The notes: generated from the sequence alone by a model not told the origin. 53,696 nucleotides of DNA from Bacillota bacterium (GCA_023426265.1 JAFABA010000121.1:1-53696); one strand, 5' to 3'. Positions 44,326 to 53,376 are shown, counted from the first letter of the stretch. Made by a program: numbers and translations.

Positions 44326-45269
44326 ACCTGAAGCTATCTCCCGCCCCTCATGTCCTGAAGGCGGACAATACCCGGCGCCTGATGCTGGACGTCGTGATCG
44401 CGCTTGTTCCGGCCTCGCTTGCGGGCGTATATTTCTTTGGGGTCAAGGCGCTTATGCTGCTTGTGCTCAGCATGGTTTCCGCCGTGCTTTCCGAGTTCGT
44501 TTGGCAAAAGCTGATGAAGCTGCCCGTTCGGGTGGGCGACCTTTCCGCGCTCGTCACAGGCTTGCTGCTGGGGCTTAATCTCCCGGTCGGCGCGCCCTGG
44601 TGGCTGGCCGTGCTGGGAAGCGCTATCGCCGTCATACTCGTCAAGCAGCTCTTTGGCGGCATCGGCGATAACTTCTTAAACCCCGCCCTTACGGCGCGTG
44701 CGGTACTTCTTGCCTCATGGCCCGTATATCTCACCCGGTTTACGCTCCCCACGGGATTTAGCGGCGTGGACGTAGTCTCTTCCCCCACGGTGCTCGCCGG
44801 TTTTAACGCCAGCAACATGGACATGTTCCTGGGCAACATCCCGGGATGCATCGGGGAGGTGAGCAAGGTTGCCATATTAATCGGTCTTGCCTATCTCATC
44901 ATCAGGGGCACGATATTCGGCCATGTGCCCGTGATATTCCTCGGCGTTACCGCGCTCCTGGCGTGGGTCATGGGCCCGCAGGGGGCATTCACATTTGACG
45001 GCGATCCGCTGCGCGCCATACTCTCGGGCGGCGTGATGTTCGGCGCGGTGTTCATGGCTACGGACTATACCACCTGCCCCATGACCATCAAGGGCCAGGC
45101 GGTGTTTGCGGTTGGCTGCGGTATCATCTTATCCCTGATCCGCGCATACGGCACATACCCCGAAGGCGTTACCTATGCGATACTGATTATGAGCCTTGTT
45201 ACCCCGCTCATCGATAAATACATGCGCCCCAGGGTATATGGGTCTTCCCTGAAGGAGGCAAAAGCATGA
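44322..45269 (+). CDS. rnfD: Rnf-type complex subunit D (NqrB-like)
   Basis: 315-aa polytopic protein. LSPAPHV...MLDVVIALVPA...QLFGGIGDNFLNPAL...VDVVSSPTVLA sits where SGAT is usual. Confidence 0.85.
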   Translation: MNLKLSPAPHVLKADNTRRLMLDVVIALVPASLAGVYFFGVKALMLLVLSMVSAVLSEFVWQKLMKLPVRVGDLSALVTGLLLGLNLPVGAPWWLAVLGSAIAVILVKQLFGGIGDNFLNPALTARAVLLASWPVYLTRFTLPTGFSGVDVVSSPTVLAGFNASNMDMFLGNIPGCIGEVSKVAILIGLAYLIIRGTIFGHVPVIFLGVTALLAWVMGPQGAFTFDGDPLRAILSGGVMFGAVFMATDYTTCPMTIKGQAVFAVGCGIILSLIRAYGTYPEGVTYAILIMSLVTPLIDKYMRPRVYGSSLKEAKA

Positions 45270-45904
45270 AACAGAATAAAATGGTCGGCGCCTTCTTTGG
45301 CGGTATCCTGCCGGACAATCTGCCGTTCCGCCTGGCGGTGGCGCTGTGCGCCACGCTCGCGATCACGGTGAATGCGGGCAGCGGCCTGGGCCTGGGGCTT
45401 ACGACAGCTTGCGTGCTGATCTGCTCCAATCTCATCATCGCGCTTGTGCGCGGTCTCCTGCCCGAACAGGTCCGCCCGTTTGGCTATATGCTCATCATCG
45501 GGTTATTTGTATCCGCGGCGCAGATGCTGCTTGCGGCATCCTTCCCTGCATTAAGCGCAAATTTGGGCATTTATGTGGCGTTGATGGCGGTAAGCTGCAT
45601 ACTTCTTTCCCGTGTGAACGGCGCGGATGAAAAACCGCACGTCGTATCCGCTGGCGTCGACGGCCTTGTTGCCGGCCTGCTGTTTGCCGTAGCGCTTTTC
45701 ATACTCAGCGCCGTGCGCGAGCTTCTGGGCTTCGGCACGCTGTTTGGCGCGGCTGTGTTCGGGGAGGGCTTTGAGCCGATGCTGGTAGTAAAGGCTGTGC
45801 CCGGCGGGTTTATACTGCTCGGCGTGCTCTACGGCGTTGTCAACTACTTTATCAGAAAAGGCAAGGCTTCGGAAGATACGCAAGAAGGAGGGCTTAAAGT
45901 ATGA
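45266..45904 (+). CDS. rnfE: Rnf-type complex subunit E-like (NqrD-like)
   Basis: 212 aa. AVALCATLAIT versus the canonical LLGLCPLLAVT, and IYVALMAVSCILLSR versus IPLIVTNCIVVGR, with LRELLGFGTLFG. It is divergent but colinear with RnfE. Confidence 0.7.
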   Translation: MKQNKMVGAFFGGILPDNLPFRLAVALCATLAITVNAGSGLGLGLTTACVLICSNLIIALVRGLLPEQVRPFGYMLIIGLFVSAAQMLLAASFPALSANLGIYVALMAVSCILLSRVNGADEKPHVVSAGVDGLVAGLLFAVALFILSAVRELLGFGTLFGAAVFGEGFEPMLVVKAVPGGFILLGVLYGVVNYFIRKGKASEDTQEGGLKV

Positions 45905-46494
45905 CGTTGGAGGGCTTTTCCGGCATTGGCGAAGTGCTGCTGTTCATGGTGGCGTGCATCATTACAAGCAACTTCATCTTCTCCCGGGCATTAGGCGTGC
46001 TGCCGTTCTCCTCCAAGGGGGATCATGTGAAGGCCGCCGCGGGCATGGGCGTTCTCGTCGCGATTGTCATGACGCTTGTATCGTTCCTGGGCTTTGCGGT
46101 CTATCAATGGGTCCTGGTACCGCTTGAAGTTACTTACCTTGCAACCATCTGCTATCTTGCCGTGATTGCGGCGGTTACGCTGATAGGCCAGGCAATTCTC
46201 AAAAAGAACACCCCGGATACCGGGCTGTACTTCCCGCTGGTTATGGGCAACAGCGCCGTGCTGGGTGTGGTTCTTCTCAACACGGTGGGACAGTATGATT
46301 TAGTCAAGAGCGTGCTTTCGGGCGCGTTTGGCGGAATTGGCTTCCTCGTTGCCATCGTACTGATCGTTGGCGTGCGGGAAAGGCTTGAAACCTCCAAGGT
46401 GCCCAAAGCGATGCGCGGATTCCCCATAACGCTGGTGAGCGCAGGGCTGATGTCCCTTGCGTTCATGGGGTTCATGGGAATTGTAGGCCACTGA
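45901..46494 (+). CDS. rnfA: Rnf-type complex subunit A-like (NqrE-like), lacking both conserved Cys
   Basis: 197 aa, colinear with RnfA/RsxA (SNFIFSRALGVLPF..., GMGVLVAIVMTLVS, FPLVMGNSAVLGVVLLN, RERLE...P..MRGFPITLVSAGLMSLAFMGF). Confidence 0.8.
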   Translation: MTLEGFSGIGEVLLFMVACIITSNFIFSRALGVLPFSSKGDHVKAAAGMGVLVAIVMTLVSFLGFAVYQWVLVPLEVTYLATICYLAVIAAVTLIGQAILKKNTPDTGLYFPLVMGNSAVLGVVLLNTVGQYDLVKSVLSGAFGGIGFLVAIVLIVGVRERLETSKVPKAMRGFPITLVSAGLMSLAFMGFMGIVGH

Positions 46495-46527
46495 AAAACT
46501 CCACCCTCAAGCATTTAGACACGCTGA

Positions 46528-46558
46528 ACAGCGCCGAAATTCTTCGGCGCTGTTTTCT
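46528..46558 (+). terminator. Rho-independent terminator after rnfA
   Basis: 11-bp stem ACAGCGCCGAA / TTCGGCGCTGT with loop ATTC, followed by TTTCT. Confidence 0.8.
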
Positions 46559-46792
46559 CAGTTCCTCGAAAAATCCTTTGGAGGTTCGGGGACCGCAGCC
46601 CCTGAAGGCTTCAATCGCCGCAGGCGACATGCGCGGTGGCGGCGGAAGGCCTTATCCTTATATCGCAAGGCTTTCTTGCGGGAACAACCGCCCGTACCGT
46701 AGGTTCCTGTAATCCTCGAAGAAGTACCGCAAAGCATTTTTCGGCAAGCTAAACAACGCCGGCAGCATCGGCGCTATTTCATATGCTTTTTG

Positions 46793-47395
46793 CTACTTTG
46801 GCTGCATGGAGCTGAGCATTTGCGCAAGCAACAAGGGATTCATGCCGTTCATACCGCCGCCGCCATTCGCGTTGCCCATGCCGCCTTGGAGCATCTGTGC
46901 GAGCATCAGGGGATTCATGCCATTCATGTTCGTACCTCCCATGCCACCGCCCGTACCGCCGGCCGGGGCGCCGCCCATGCCGTTCATGCCGCTCATGCCG
47001 TTCATGCCGTTCATCATCTGCATGAGCGTCTGCATCATCTGCATATTGTTCGGGTTGGGGGCCTGCTGGTGCCCGTTAAAGGGCGGATCCTGTACCTGGG
47101 AGACGGGCTGGGGTGCCGTCTGCCGGGCATGGGCGGGCGGCTGCAGGTCGGTCGGGACGCCCATCGCATGGCACAGATCCTCATATTCGCTCTCGGTAAG
47201 GTGCTCCCGCATGGAAAGGACATACCGCTGTACACCCTGCATGCCGCGCTCACGCCTGATGTGCTGCCCCAACAGTACGGCCGGCTGACCGTGATCGGGG
47301 AACGTTGGCTCTTCGGTATCGCTCGCGTTCACAGCCTGCTGAACGGGCGGGCGCGAGCCGCCTACCGGCAGTGATTGCGGCGCATATTTGGGCAT
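46793..47395 (-). CDS. Hypothetical Met/Gly/Asn-rich low-complexity protein
   Basis: 200 aa with an AGGAGG RBS 7 nt before the ATG. The C-terminal half is MQMMQTLMQMMNGMNGMSGMNGMGG...GMNGMNPLMLAQML...GMNGMNPLLLAQML. No family was recognised. Confidence 0.6.
   Translation of the reverse strand: MPKYAPQSLPVGGSRPPVQQAVNASDTEEPTFPDHGQPAVLLGQHIRRERGMQGVQRYVLSMREHLTESEYEDLCHAMGVPTDLQPPAHARQTAPQPVSQVQDPPFNGHQQAPNPNNMQMMQTLMQMMNGMNGMSGMNGMGGAPAGGTGGGMGGTNMNGMNPLMLAQMLQGGMGNANGGGGMNGMNPLLLAQMLSSMQPK
46976..47011. repeat. Four tandem 9-bp units (CATGCCGTT/CATGCCGCT) inside the Met-rich gene
   Basis: Read directly: catgccgtt catgccgct catgccgtt catgccgtt, encoding (N/S)GM repeats on the minus strand. 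In addition there is a 39-bp imperfect direct repeat at 46814-46852 and 46889-46927 (6 mismatches). Confidence 0.9.
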
Positions 47396-47518
47396 ATGGC
47401 CACCTCCTTGTTTCGTGCCTTTGTAGCATCATATGCGCGTGAAGCAATGTTGTGCACTTGTGGCTATAAAGGCGCATATGATGATTGGGGACATCTTTTT
47501 AACAGCAGGAGGGAAAGC

Positions 47519-47812
47519 ATGAAAAAACCAGATCTTCGCAGCTTAAAGCAAAACCCGGACCAATTGCAGGAGGCGGCAAAAGGAATCGACCCGGAGGCGA
47601 TGCGCCAGGTGAAGAATGTACTGGATCATTATCAGGGAAGAAGTATGCAGGATCTGCTTGCTGAGTTGCAGGAAAAGATCATCGCGGAACGCAAAGCGGG
47701 CAGAATGAGCGACGCGCGCCTCGACTCATATGCAGCGATGATCGCGCCCATGATGGATCCCATGCAACGGCAGCAAATGCAGGCATTTGTGGAGCAGATG
47801 AAAAACAGCTGA
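47519..47812 (+). CDS. Hypothetical small helical protein (97 aa)
   Basis: An AGGAGGG RBS lies 5 nt before the ATG at 47519. It has no TM segment and a Met/Gln-rich C-terminus (MIAPMMDPMQRQQMQAFVEQM). It is divergent from the Met-rich gene. The track ORF from 47375 is over-extended. Confidence 0.55.
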   Translation: MKKPDLRSLKQNPDQLQEAAKGIDPEAMRQVKNVLDHYQGRSMQDLLAELQEKIIAERKAGRMSDARLDSYAAMIAPMMDPMQRQQMQAFVEQMKNS

Positions 47813-47816
47813 CGGC

Positions 47817-48809
47817 CTATGCCTTCCGCGGTACCTTTTCCTTGCAGAAATACCGCAGCACGGCGGACTCAAGCGCACGTTCTCCCGGCGCCTGGCCGCT
47901 GATTTGCAGGTGATCGATTTCTGAAAACGCGGCGACCGCCCCGCGCAGCTCCTCCGCGCTCAAGCGTTTTGCGCCGGACAGAGCGGCTTTTGCCGGGGCG
48001 GGGGAGAGGCCGAGCTTCTTCCCGATCTCAAATTCCTTCGTGCGGGCGTCAAGCAGCAGCCGTGCACCCAGCATGTTTTTAAACTGCCCGGTAAAGAAAT
48101 GGGCCAGGCCAAATACGGTTTCCGAACCGTCCCGCAGCAAATGCCGCAGCATGGTAAGCCCGCGTTCCTGCTTCCCGAAAAGCAGCGCGTCGAGCATGCG
48201 GAAACGCTGAAATTCCGGGTTGGGCGTGACACAGGCTTTCAGCGCAGCCTCCGTGACAGGGGAATTCCCGGCGTAATCCGCCGCTTTATTTAATTCGTTT
48301 TGCAGGGCGTACACGTCCGTGCCCACCATATCAACAAGCAACTGCGCGGTAGCGGCGTCGATCTGCGTGCCGCGCTTTTTCATGCGCTGCTGCACTAGTT
48401 TTACGGCTTCCTGCACGCTCAACGTATCGAAGAGCACGTCGCGGCCTTCTTTTTTTGCGGCATTCAACAGGGAAGTTCCGCATTTGCCGCGAAAATAGAG
48501 GACAAGCGTGGTGGTATCCGGTATGGAAGCGGCGTAGGGAATTAGCTCCATCGCTTCGCTGTCCGCCATTTCCCGGCAGACGACGAGCCTGCTTTCCGCA
48601 AAGAAGGGCAGAGTCTCGCAGGCTTGGCGTATGACGGAAGAGAGCGGCTTTTCAAACTCCTGCATGTTCAGGTCCCTGGCGACAGGGTCGATGCGCGAAA
48701 CAAGGGCGTTGAGCGCGCTTTGCTTTACGAACGCCTCTTCGCCGTAAAACAGGAACAGACCGGAGACCTTATTCTCTTTAATCAGCTCAAAAAAACGGTT
48801 GTGATCCAT
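47817..48809 (-). CDS. holA: DNA polymerase III delta subunit
   Basis: 330 aa. The N-terminal LFLFYGEEAFVKQSAL pattern and the position downstream of comEC match the usual Firmicute synteny. Confidence 0.75.
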   Translation of the reverse strand: MDHNRFFELIKENKVSGLFLFYGEEAFVKQSALNALVSRIDPVARDLNMQEFEKPLSSVIRQACETLPFFAESRLVVCREMADSEAMELIPYAASIPDTTTLVLYFRGKCGTSLLNAAKKEGRDVLFDTLSVQEAVKLVQQRMKKRGTQIDAATAQLLVDMVGTDVYALQNELNKAADYAGNSPVTEAALKACVTPNPEFQRFRMLDALLFGKQERGLTMLRHLLRDGSETVFGLAHFFTGQFKNMLGARLLLDARTKEFEIGKKLGLSPAPAKAALSGAKRLSAEELRGAVAAFSEIDHLQISGQAPGERALESAVLRYFCKEKVPRKA

Positions 48810-48828
48810 AGCTCCTCCGGGGTATGGC

Positions 48829-50694
48829 TTAGGGTTCCTTTAAGAGTATAGCATATCTTGCGTCCCGGGCATACGGCTGCATCATGAGGGCGCCGTTCTT
48901 CTCAAAAAACCGCATCTGCCCATTCATGTTTGTCGCGTAATGCATTCCGCCGATTTCTGCGCCGCCGGGATAGACAAAAAGTGAGGTACTGCTGAGCGAA
49001 ACGACCACGCCCTCTTTATTTCCTTCTTCCATGGTTGCGCGATAGATTCCGTTTGCGTGCAGGTAACTTTCCACGGCTGAGTTTTCCAACGCATCCGGCG
49101 TGCCCACAACGACGTCTTTGCCGCCCGCATGGAGATGGACGGCATAGCCGTAAGGGACGTCCAGCACCGTTGCATGCTGCTCTGGGCGCATGAAGAGCGG
49201 AGCAAGCCAAAGCAGCAGGCACAATACGGCACTGATTGCGCAAAAGGCTCGCCTGCTGCCGCGCCCGCCAAGGAAATACGGGGAGCAGAACAGCAGAAAC
49301 AAAAAGAAGCATACCCCCGCGCCGAATGACGCAGGAGGAAGGCGCAGCATCCCGGGGCTGGCGGCAACCTGTGCCACGGCGCGCATCAGGGCGATGGCAG
49401 CGCCCGAAATCGATGCCGCAAACCTTGCAACGGAGCTGGATACAGGCGAAATCATCAGCGCAATGCCCGAGGGCAGCATGGAAAGCGCGCAGAGCGGCAC
49501 CACCAAAAGGTTGGCGGGCACGCTCAGAATGGACATGCTTTGGAACACGGCGGCGGATACGGGCGCCGTGGACAGCCCTGCGCTGATGCTCAGCGCCAGC
49601 GGCTCTGAAAGCGTCTTGGGCAGGCGCTGCATGGCGGAGGAAAGGGCTGGGTAGAGCAGCAATATGCCGAGTACCGCGGTATAGGACAATTGAAAGCCAA
49701 TGGAGAACAGCGTGAACGGGGAAATCAGAAGCAGTATCAAAAAAGAAAAGGAAAGCGCGGAGAGCGGATCGTTCCTGCGGTACAGGATTTTTGCAAGCAA
49801 CAGACAGATAACCATAAGCGCCGAACGTAGCGTCGGGGCCGCAAACGCGCAGAACGCGCAGTAAAAGAGCAGTACCATGCAGATGATAATAAACTGCGCA
49901 ACCGGTTTTACGCGGCGGAGCAGCACCAGCAGCGCCCCCGCAAGCAAGGATACGTGCAGGCCGGATACGGAAAGCAGATGCGCAATGCCGGAACCTCGAA
50001 AATCGTCAAGCGTCTGATCCGGAATATCCTCCACGGCCCCATGCAGCATGCCCGCGGCAAGAGCGCCGTTTTCCCGGCCCATCAGCGAAATAAGCAACTT
50101 TGTGGCGTCCTCCCGCAGTGCAAGAAGCCGCCCATACAGGCTGGGCGGCGCATCCGCAACGGCAAGCGGGCCATATGAACGCGCGGTGCAGACGATCCCC
50201 CGGGAGAAGCAATAAAACCGGTAATCCATTCCGCCCTCATTGCGCGCCCCCTGCGGCAGGGAGAGGGAAGCGTGGGCAGCCAGCTGCTGCCCGTATGCGA
50301 TTGTCTGCCCGTTATACCGCGGCAATGTGAGCTGCACAAGCCCGTCTATGGGGGCGCCGTCCGCTTTCGCATTGCTCAGCGTAACGCGCAGGTTTTGCCC
50401 CTGCTGCGAAATTTCTGCAACGGTGCCTGTCAACGCGCAATTTCCCCTTGGCGCCGGAAGCTTTGGATACGCGAGCTCCAGCCGGAGCGTACCGATGGAA
50501 AGAAAGGCCAAAAAAACCGGGAGCCACTTGACCCCGGTACGTATGGAAATCATGGTGAGCGCGACGCCTGCGGCGGCAAGTATATAGCCTGTCTGCCCCG
50601 GAAACAGGCGGGCTAACAGCACGCCTAACATCACGCCCAAAGCGGCAGTCACAAAGGGGCGGCGGTTGAAATAGCGTTCCCGCTCTGCGTTCAT
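48829..50694 (-). CDS. comEC: ComEC/Rec2 family DNA internalisation channel protein (short, without intact metallo-beta-lactamase domain)
   Basis: 621 aa. It has N-terminal TM segments plus an OB-like segment, and the competence domain motif GIAHLLSVSGLHVSLLAG. The C-terminus has only VLDVPYGYAVHLH in place of LDVGQGDA, and no HxHxDH. Confidence 0.8.
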   Translation of the reverse strand: MNAERERYFNRRPFVTAALGVMLGVLLARLFPGQTGYILAAAGVALTMISIRTGVKWLPVFLAFLSIGTLRLELAYPKLPAPRGNCALTGTVAEISQQGQNLRVTLSNAKADGAPIDGLVQLTLPRYNGQTIAYGQQLAAHASLSLPQGARNEGGMDYRFYCFSRGIVCTARSYGPLAVADAPPSLYGRLLALREDATKLLISLMGRENGALAAGMLHGAVEDIPDQTLDDFRGSGIAHLLSVSGLHVSLLAGALLVLLRRVKPVAQFIIICMVLLFYCAFCAFAAPTLRSALMVICLLLAKILYRRNDPLSALSFSFLILLLISPFTLFSIGFQLSYTAVLGILLLYPALSSAMQRLPKTLSEPLALSISAGLSTAPVSAAVFQSMSILSVPANLLVVPLCALSMLPSGIALMISPVSSSVARFAASISGAAIALMRAVAQVAASPGMLRLPPASFGAGVCFFLFLLFCSPYFLGGRGSRRAFCAISAVLCLLLWLAPLFMRPEQHATVLDVPYGYAVHLHAGGKDVVVGTPDALENSAVESYLHANGIYRATMEEGNKEGVVVSLSSTSLFVYPGGAEIGGMHYATNMNGQMRFFEKNGALMMQPYARDARYAILLKEP

Positions 50695-51353
50695 AGAATG
50701 TCTGCGCTTATAAGAAGCTGGTCTTGCTGTGTACGCAATGCCGCGAAGGATACCCCATGCTTGCTTTCGTTTACCGCTTTTCCGCTTTCGAGTACCGCCC
50801 CGGCCTCGTCCGCCCAGATAAGCGCTGTGGAATGCGGAAATTCGTTTTCTTCCGTCATGGCGGCGAGCAATGTGGGCAGCAGCTCCGTGATACGGGCGGC
50901 CTGCGCTTCCATCGCCTCATCTCGCTTGTCTGCCAGGTATTTGCTGATATCTCCTTTCGGAGAGGATACCTTTTCCATTGCCTCTTCCTGCATGGTCAGC
51001 GAAAAGCCTTGCACATAACCGCGCTTCGCATATAGAACCAATAGATCCTCCTGCCCGTCCTCTTCGCTTCTTATGAGGTAATCACCGCCGTCCTCTTCGT
51101 GCATGGTAAAACCGGCGTCTTCCAGGCGGCTCAAAAATACGTCCTCTGAAACGCCCGGCGGCAGGGTGGGAGCGGGAGTCGCGGTGGGTGTAACGGGCAC
51201 GGGGGTAAGCGCAAGCGCATAGGTGCGTCTGCTTTCCTGGAGGCTCACCAACAGGTAGATGAGCGCGCACAGAAGCAGGACCGCGGCGAACGCGAGCGAC
51301 TTTTGCAGCGTGGAAGGCGGCTTGTTCTTTTCTTCGGTTGACTTGCTGCTCAT
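50691..51353 (-). CDS. Hypothetical single-pass membrane protein
   Basis: About 220 aa. It has an N-terminal TM segment (LAFAAVLLLCALIYLLV), a Pro/Thr-rich linker and an acidic globular C-domain. Its stop overlaps the comEC start by 4 nt. The start at 51353 was chosen over the track's 51434. Confidence 0.55.
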   Translation of the reverse strand: MSSKSTEEKNKPPSTLQKSLAFAAVLLLCALIYLLVSLQESRRTYALALTPVPVTPTATPAPTLPPGVSEDVFLSRLEDAGFTMHEEDGGDYLIRSEEDGQEDLLVLYAKRGYVQGFSLTMQEEAMEKVSSPKGDISKYLADKRDEAMEAQAARITELLPTLLAAMTEENEFPHSTALIWADEAGAVLESGKAVNESKHGVSFAALRTQQDQLLISADIL

Positions 51354-51569
51354 GGCATTTCCCCACTCAATTATGTTGGAGGAACGAGAAATTTGTCGCA
51401 TATATGGTAAAACAAGTATAATATATCCGGGCAATTATTCGCAAGCCTTCCAGGGGAAAGGGCAAAAAGTTTATTTTTTGTGGCCCTCCGCTGGGAAACA
51501 ATGCTATACTGAACAGGCAAGAGTGTATTAAGCAACGATGTAAGGACGCGCAAAGGAAGAAGGATAAGC

Positions 51570-52295
51570 ATGCAGGCGGAATGGGAGCAGCTAAGGCGCG
51601 CCATAGAAACTGCTAAGCGCATTGTATTCTTGGGCGGCGCGGGGGTAAGCACCGAAAGCGGTATTCCTGATTTTCGCAGTAAAGACGGCATATTTGAAGC
51701 CATCCGGCGCTACGGGCATCCGCCCGAAACGCTGTTGAGCCACGATTTTTTCCTTTCCCATACCGATACATTCTACCGCTATTACCGAACCATGCTTCTT
51801 TATCCGAACGCCAAACCCAATGCCGCGCATGCCGCGCTTGCCGAGCTGGAACACCGGGGTAAACTGATTGCAGTTGTCACGCAGAACATCGACGGCCTGC
51901 ACCAACAGGCAGGAAGCGAAAACGTGCTGGAGCTGCACGGCTCGGTCTGGCGCAACAGCTGCATGGCCTGCGGCAAAGGGTTTGTGCTAAATGATATTAT
52001 AAATGGCGAAGGCGTTCCCAAATGCGGCTGCGGCGGGGTGGTGAAACCCGATGTGGTGCTTTACGGTGAAATGCTCGACGACGCGGTGGTGGACGCTTCC
52101 ATCCGCAGCATCCAAATGGCCGATCTTCTGATCGTAGGCGGAACGTCGCTTACGGTATACCCAGCGGCGTCGCTGACGCAGTATTTTCACGGCAGCACGC
52201 TTGCGCTCATCAATCTTTCCAGTACGCCGATGGACAATCAGGCAAATATCGTGATTCACGATCGCGTCGGGGACGTGCTCCGGGCGTGCATATAG
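51570..52295 (+). CDS. cobB: NAD-dependent protein deacylase (SIR2 family)
   Basis: GAGVSTESGIPDFRS, TQNIDGLH, the zinc ribbon C..C...C.C (CMACGK...CGCGG) and GTSLTVYPAA. Confidence 0.9.
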   Translation: MQAEWEQLRRAIETAKRIVFLGGAGVSTESGIPDFRSKDGIFEAIRRYGHPPETLLSHDFFLSHTDTFYRYYRTMLLYPNAKPNAAHAALAELEHRGKLIAVVTQNIDGLHQQAGSENVLELHGSVWRNSCMACGKGFVLNDIINGEGVPKCGCGGVVKPDVVLYGEMLDDAVVDASIRSIQMADLLIVGGTSLTVYPAASLTQYFHGSTLALINLSSTPMDNQANIVIHDRVGDVLRACI

Positions 52296-52332
52296 TTTTT
52301 CGTATGTGGTATCAGCATAAGGAGGAAAAGGA

Positions 52333-53376
52333 ATGAAAGCAGCCGTATATCTCGATAAGGACCGGATGGCGGTAAAAGAGGTGGAAACCCCGCGCGTGGA
52401 CCAGGACAGCGCGCTCGTGCAGGTGGAGTCCTGCGCGGTATGCGGCTCGGATATCCGCATATTCCACCACGGCAATTCCCGCGTCGTCCCGCCGCAGATA
52501 TTGGGGCATGAGGTTTCCGGCAAAATCGTGGACGTCGGAAAAAACGTTACGAAGTTTCGCGTGGGGGACCGCGTGGCGATTGGCGCTGACGTGCCGTGCG
52601 GGGAATGCGTGTTCTGCGAGGCGGGCATAGGCAACAACTGCCAGATCAATTACGCCATGGGGTACCAGTTCGCGGGCGGCTTTGCGGAATATATGCTGCT
52701 CAATAAAACGGTTGTCAATTACGGGCCCGTACACAAGCTGCCGGACCATGTCAGCTTCGACGAAGGCGCTTTGGCCGAGCCGCTTGCCTGCGTGCTCAAC
52801 GCCGTGGAGCTGACCAACATCAGGCTGGGGGATACCGTCGTCATCATCGGCGCGGGGCCGATCGGCTGCATGATCATTCCCGTCGCGTACCGGATGGGCG
52901 CCACCAAGGTGATTGTCGTGCAGCGCTCCCGCCCGCGCCTGGAGGCGGCTAAAAGATTCGGTGCGGACGTGTATGTCTGCTCTTCGGAGGAGGATAGCAT
53001 CGCCCGCGTGCTGGAAGAAACGGGCGGCTTGGGCGCTGATGTCATATTTACGGCCAACCCGTCCCCGCAGTCCCATGCGGATGCGCTGAAGATGGCAAAG
53101 AATCGCGCGCGTATCAACCTCTTCGGCGGGCTCCCCGCGGGCAGCCTGGTAACGATGGATACCAACATCATTCACTATAAGGAGCTGTTCGTGCTGGGCG
53201 CGCACGGCTCGCTTCCGCGCCACCATCAGCTTGCGATTGACCTGATCGCTTCGGGCAAGCTCGATATGAAGCCGTTTATTTCGCACCGGTTTGACCTTGA
53301 CCATATCGCGGAGGCGTTCGCGGTGGCGGAAGGGCATACCGGCATGCGCGTCGTCGTAAAGCCGCAGGGGCTATAA
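52333..53376 (+). CDS. Zinc-dependent alcohol dehydrogenase family (MDR; sorbitol/threonine dehydrogenase-like)
   Basis: CAVCGSD, GHEVSGKIVDVG, the structural zinc CGECVFCEAG..NC and the Rossmann IIGAGPIG. The substrate cannot be determined from the sequence. Confidence 0.8.
   Translation: MKAAVYLDKDRMAVKEVETPRVDQDSALVQVESCAVCGSDIRIFHHGNSRVVPPQILGHEVSGKIVDVGKNVTKFRVGDRVAIGADVPCGECVFCEAGIGNNCQINYAMGYQFAGGFAEYMLLNKTVVNYGPVHKLPDHVSFDEGALAEPLACVLNAVELTNIRLGDTVVIIGAGPIGCMIIPVAYRMGATKVIVVQRSRPRLEAAKRFGADVYVCSSEEDSIARVLEETGGLGADVIFTANPSPQSHADALKMAKNRARINLFGGLPAGSLVTMDTNIIHYKELFVLGAHGSLPRHHQLAIDLIASGKLDMKPFISHRFDLDHIAEAFAVAEGHTGMRVVVKPQGL

Noticed and set aside
46559-46792. A 230-bp GC-rich spacer after the rnfA terminator, with imperfect direct repeats (GTTCCTCGAAAAATCCT at about 46561 and GTTCCTGTAATCCTCGAAGAA at about 46703) and no ORF of 60 aa or more.
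   Set aside because: I could not fold it into a convincing tRNA or riboswitch-like structure, nor translate it into a recognisable gene remnant in any frame. It is left unannotated. A covariance-model scan (Rfam) would be the decisive check.
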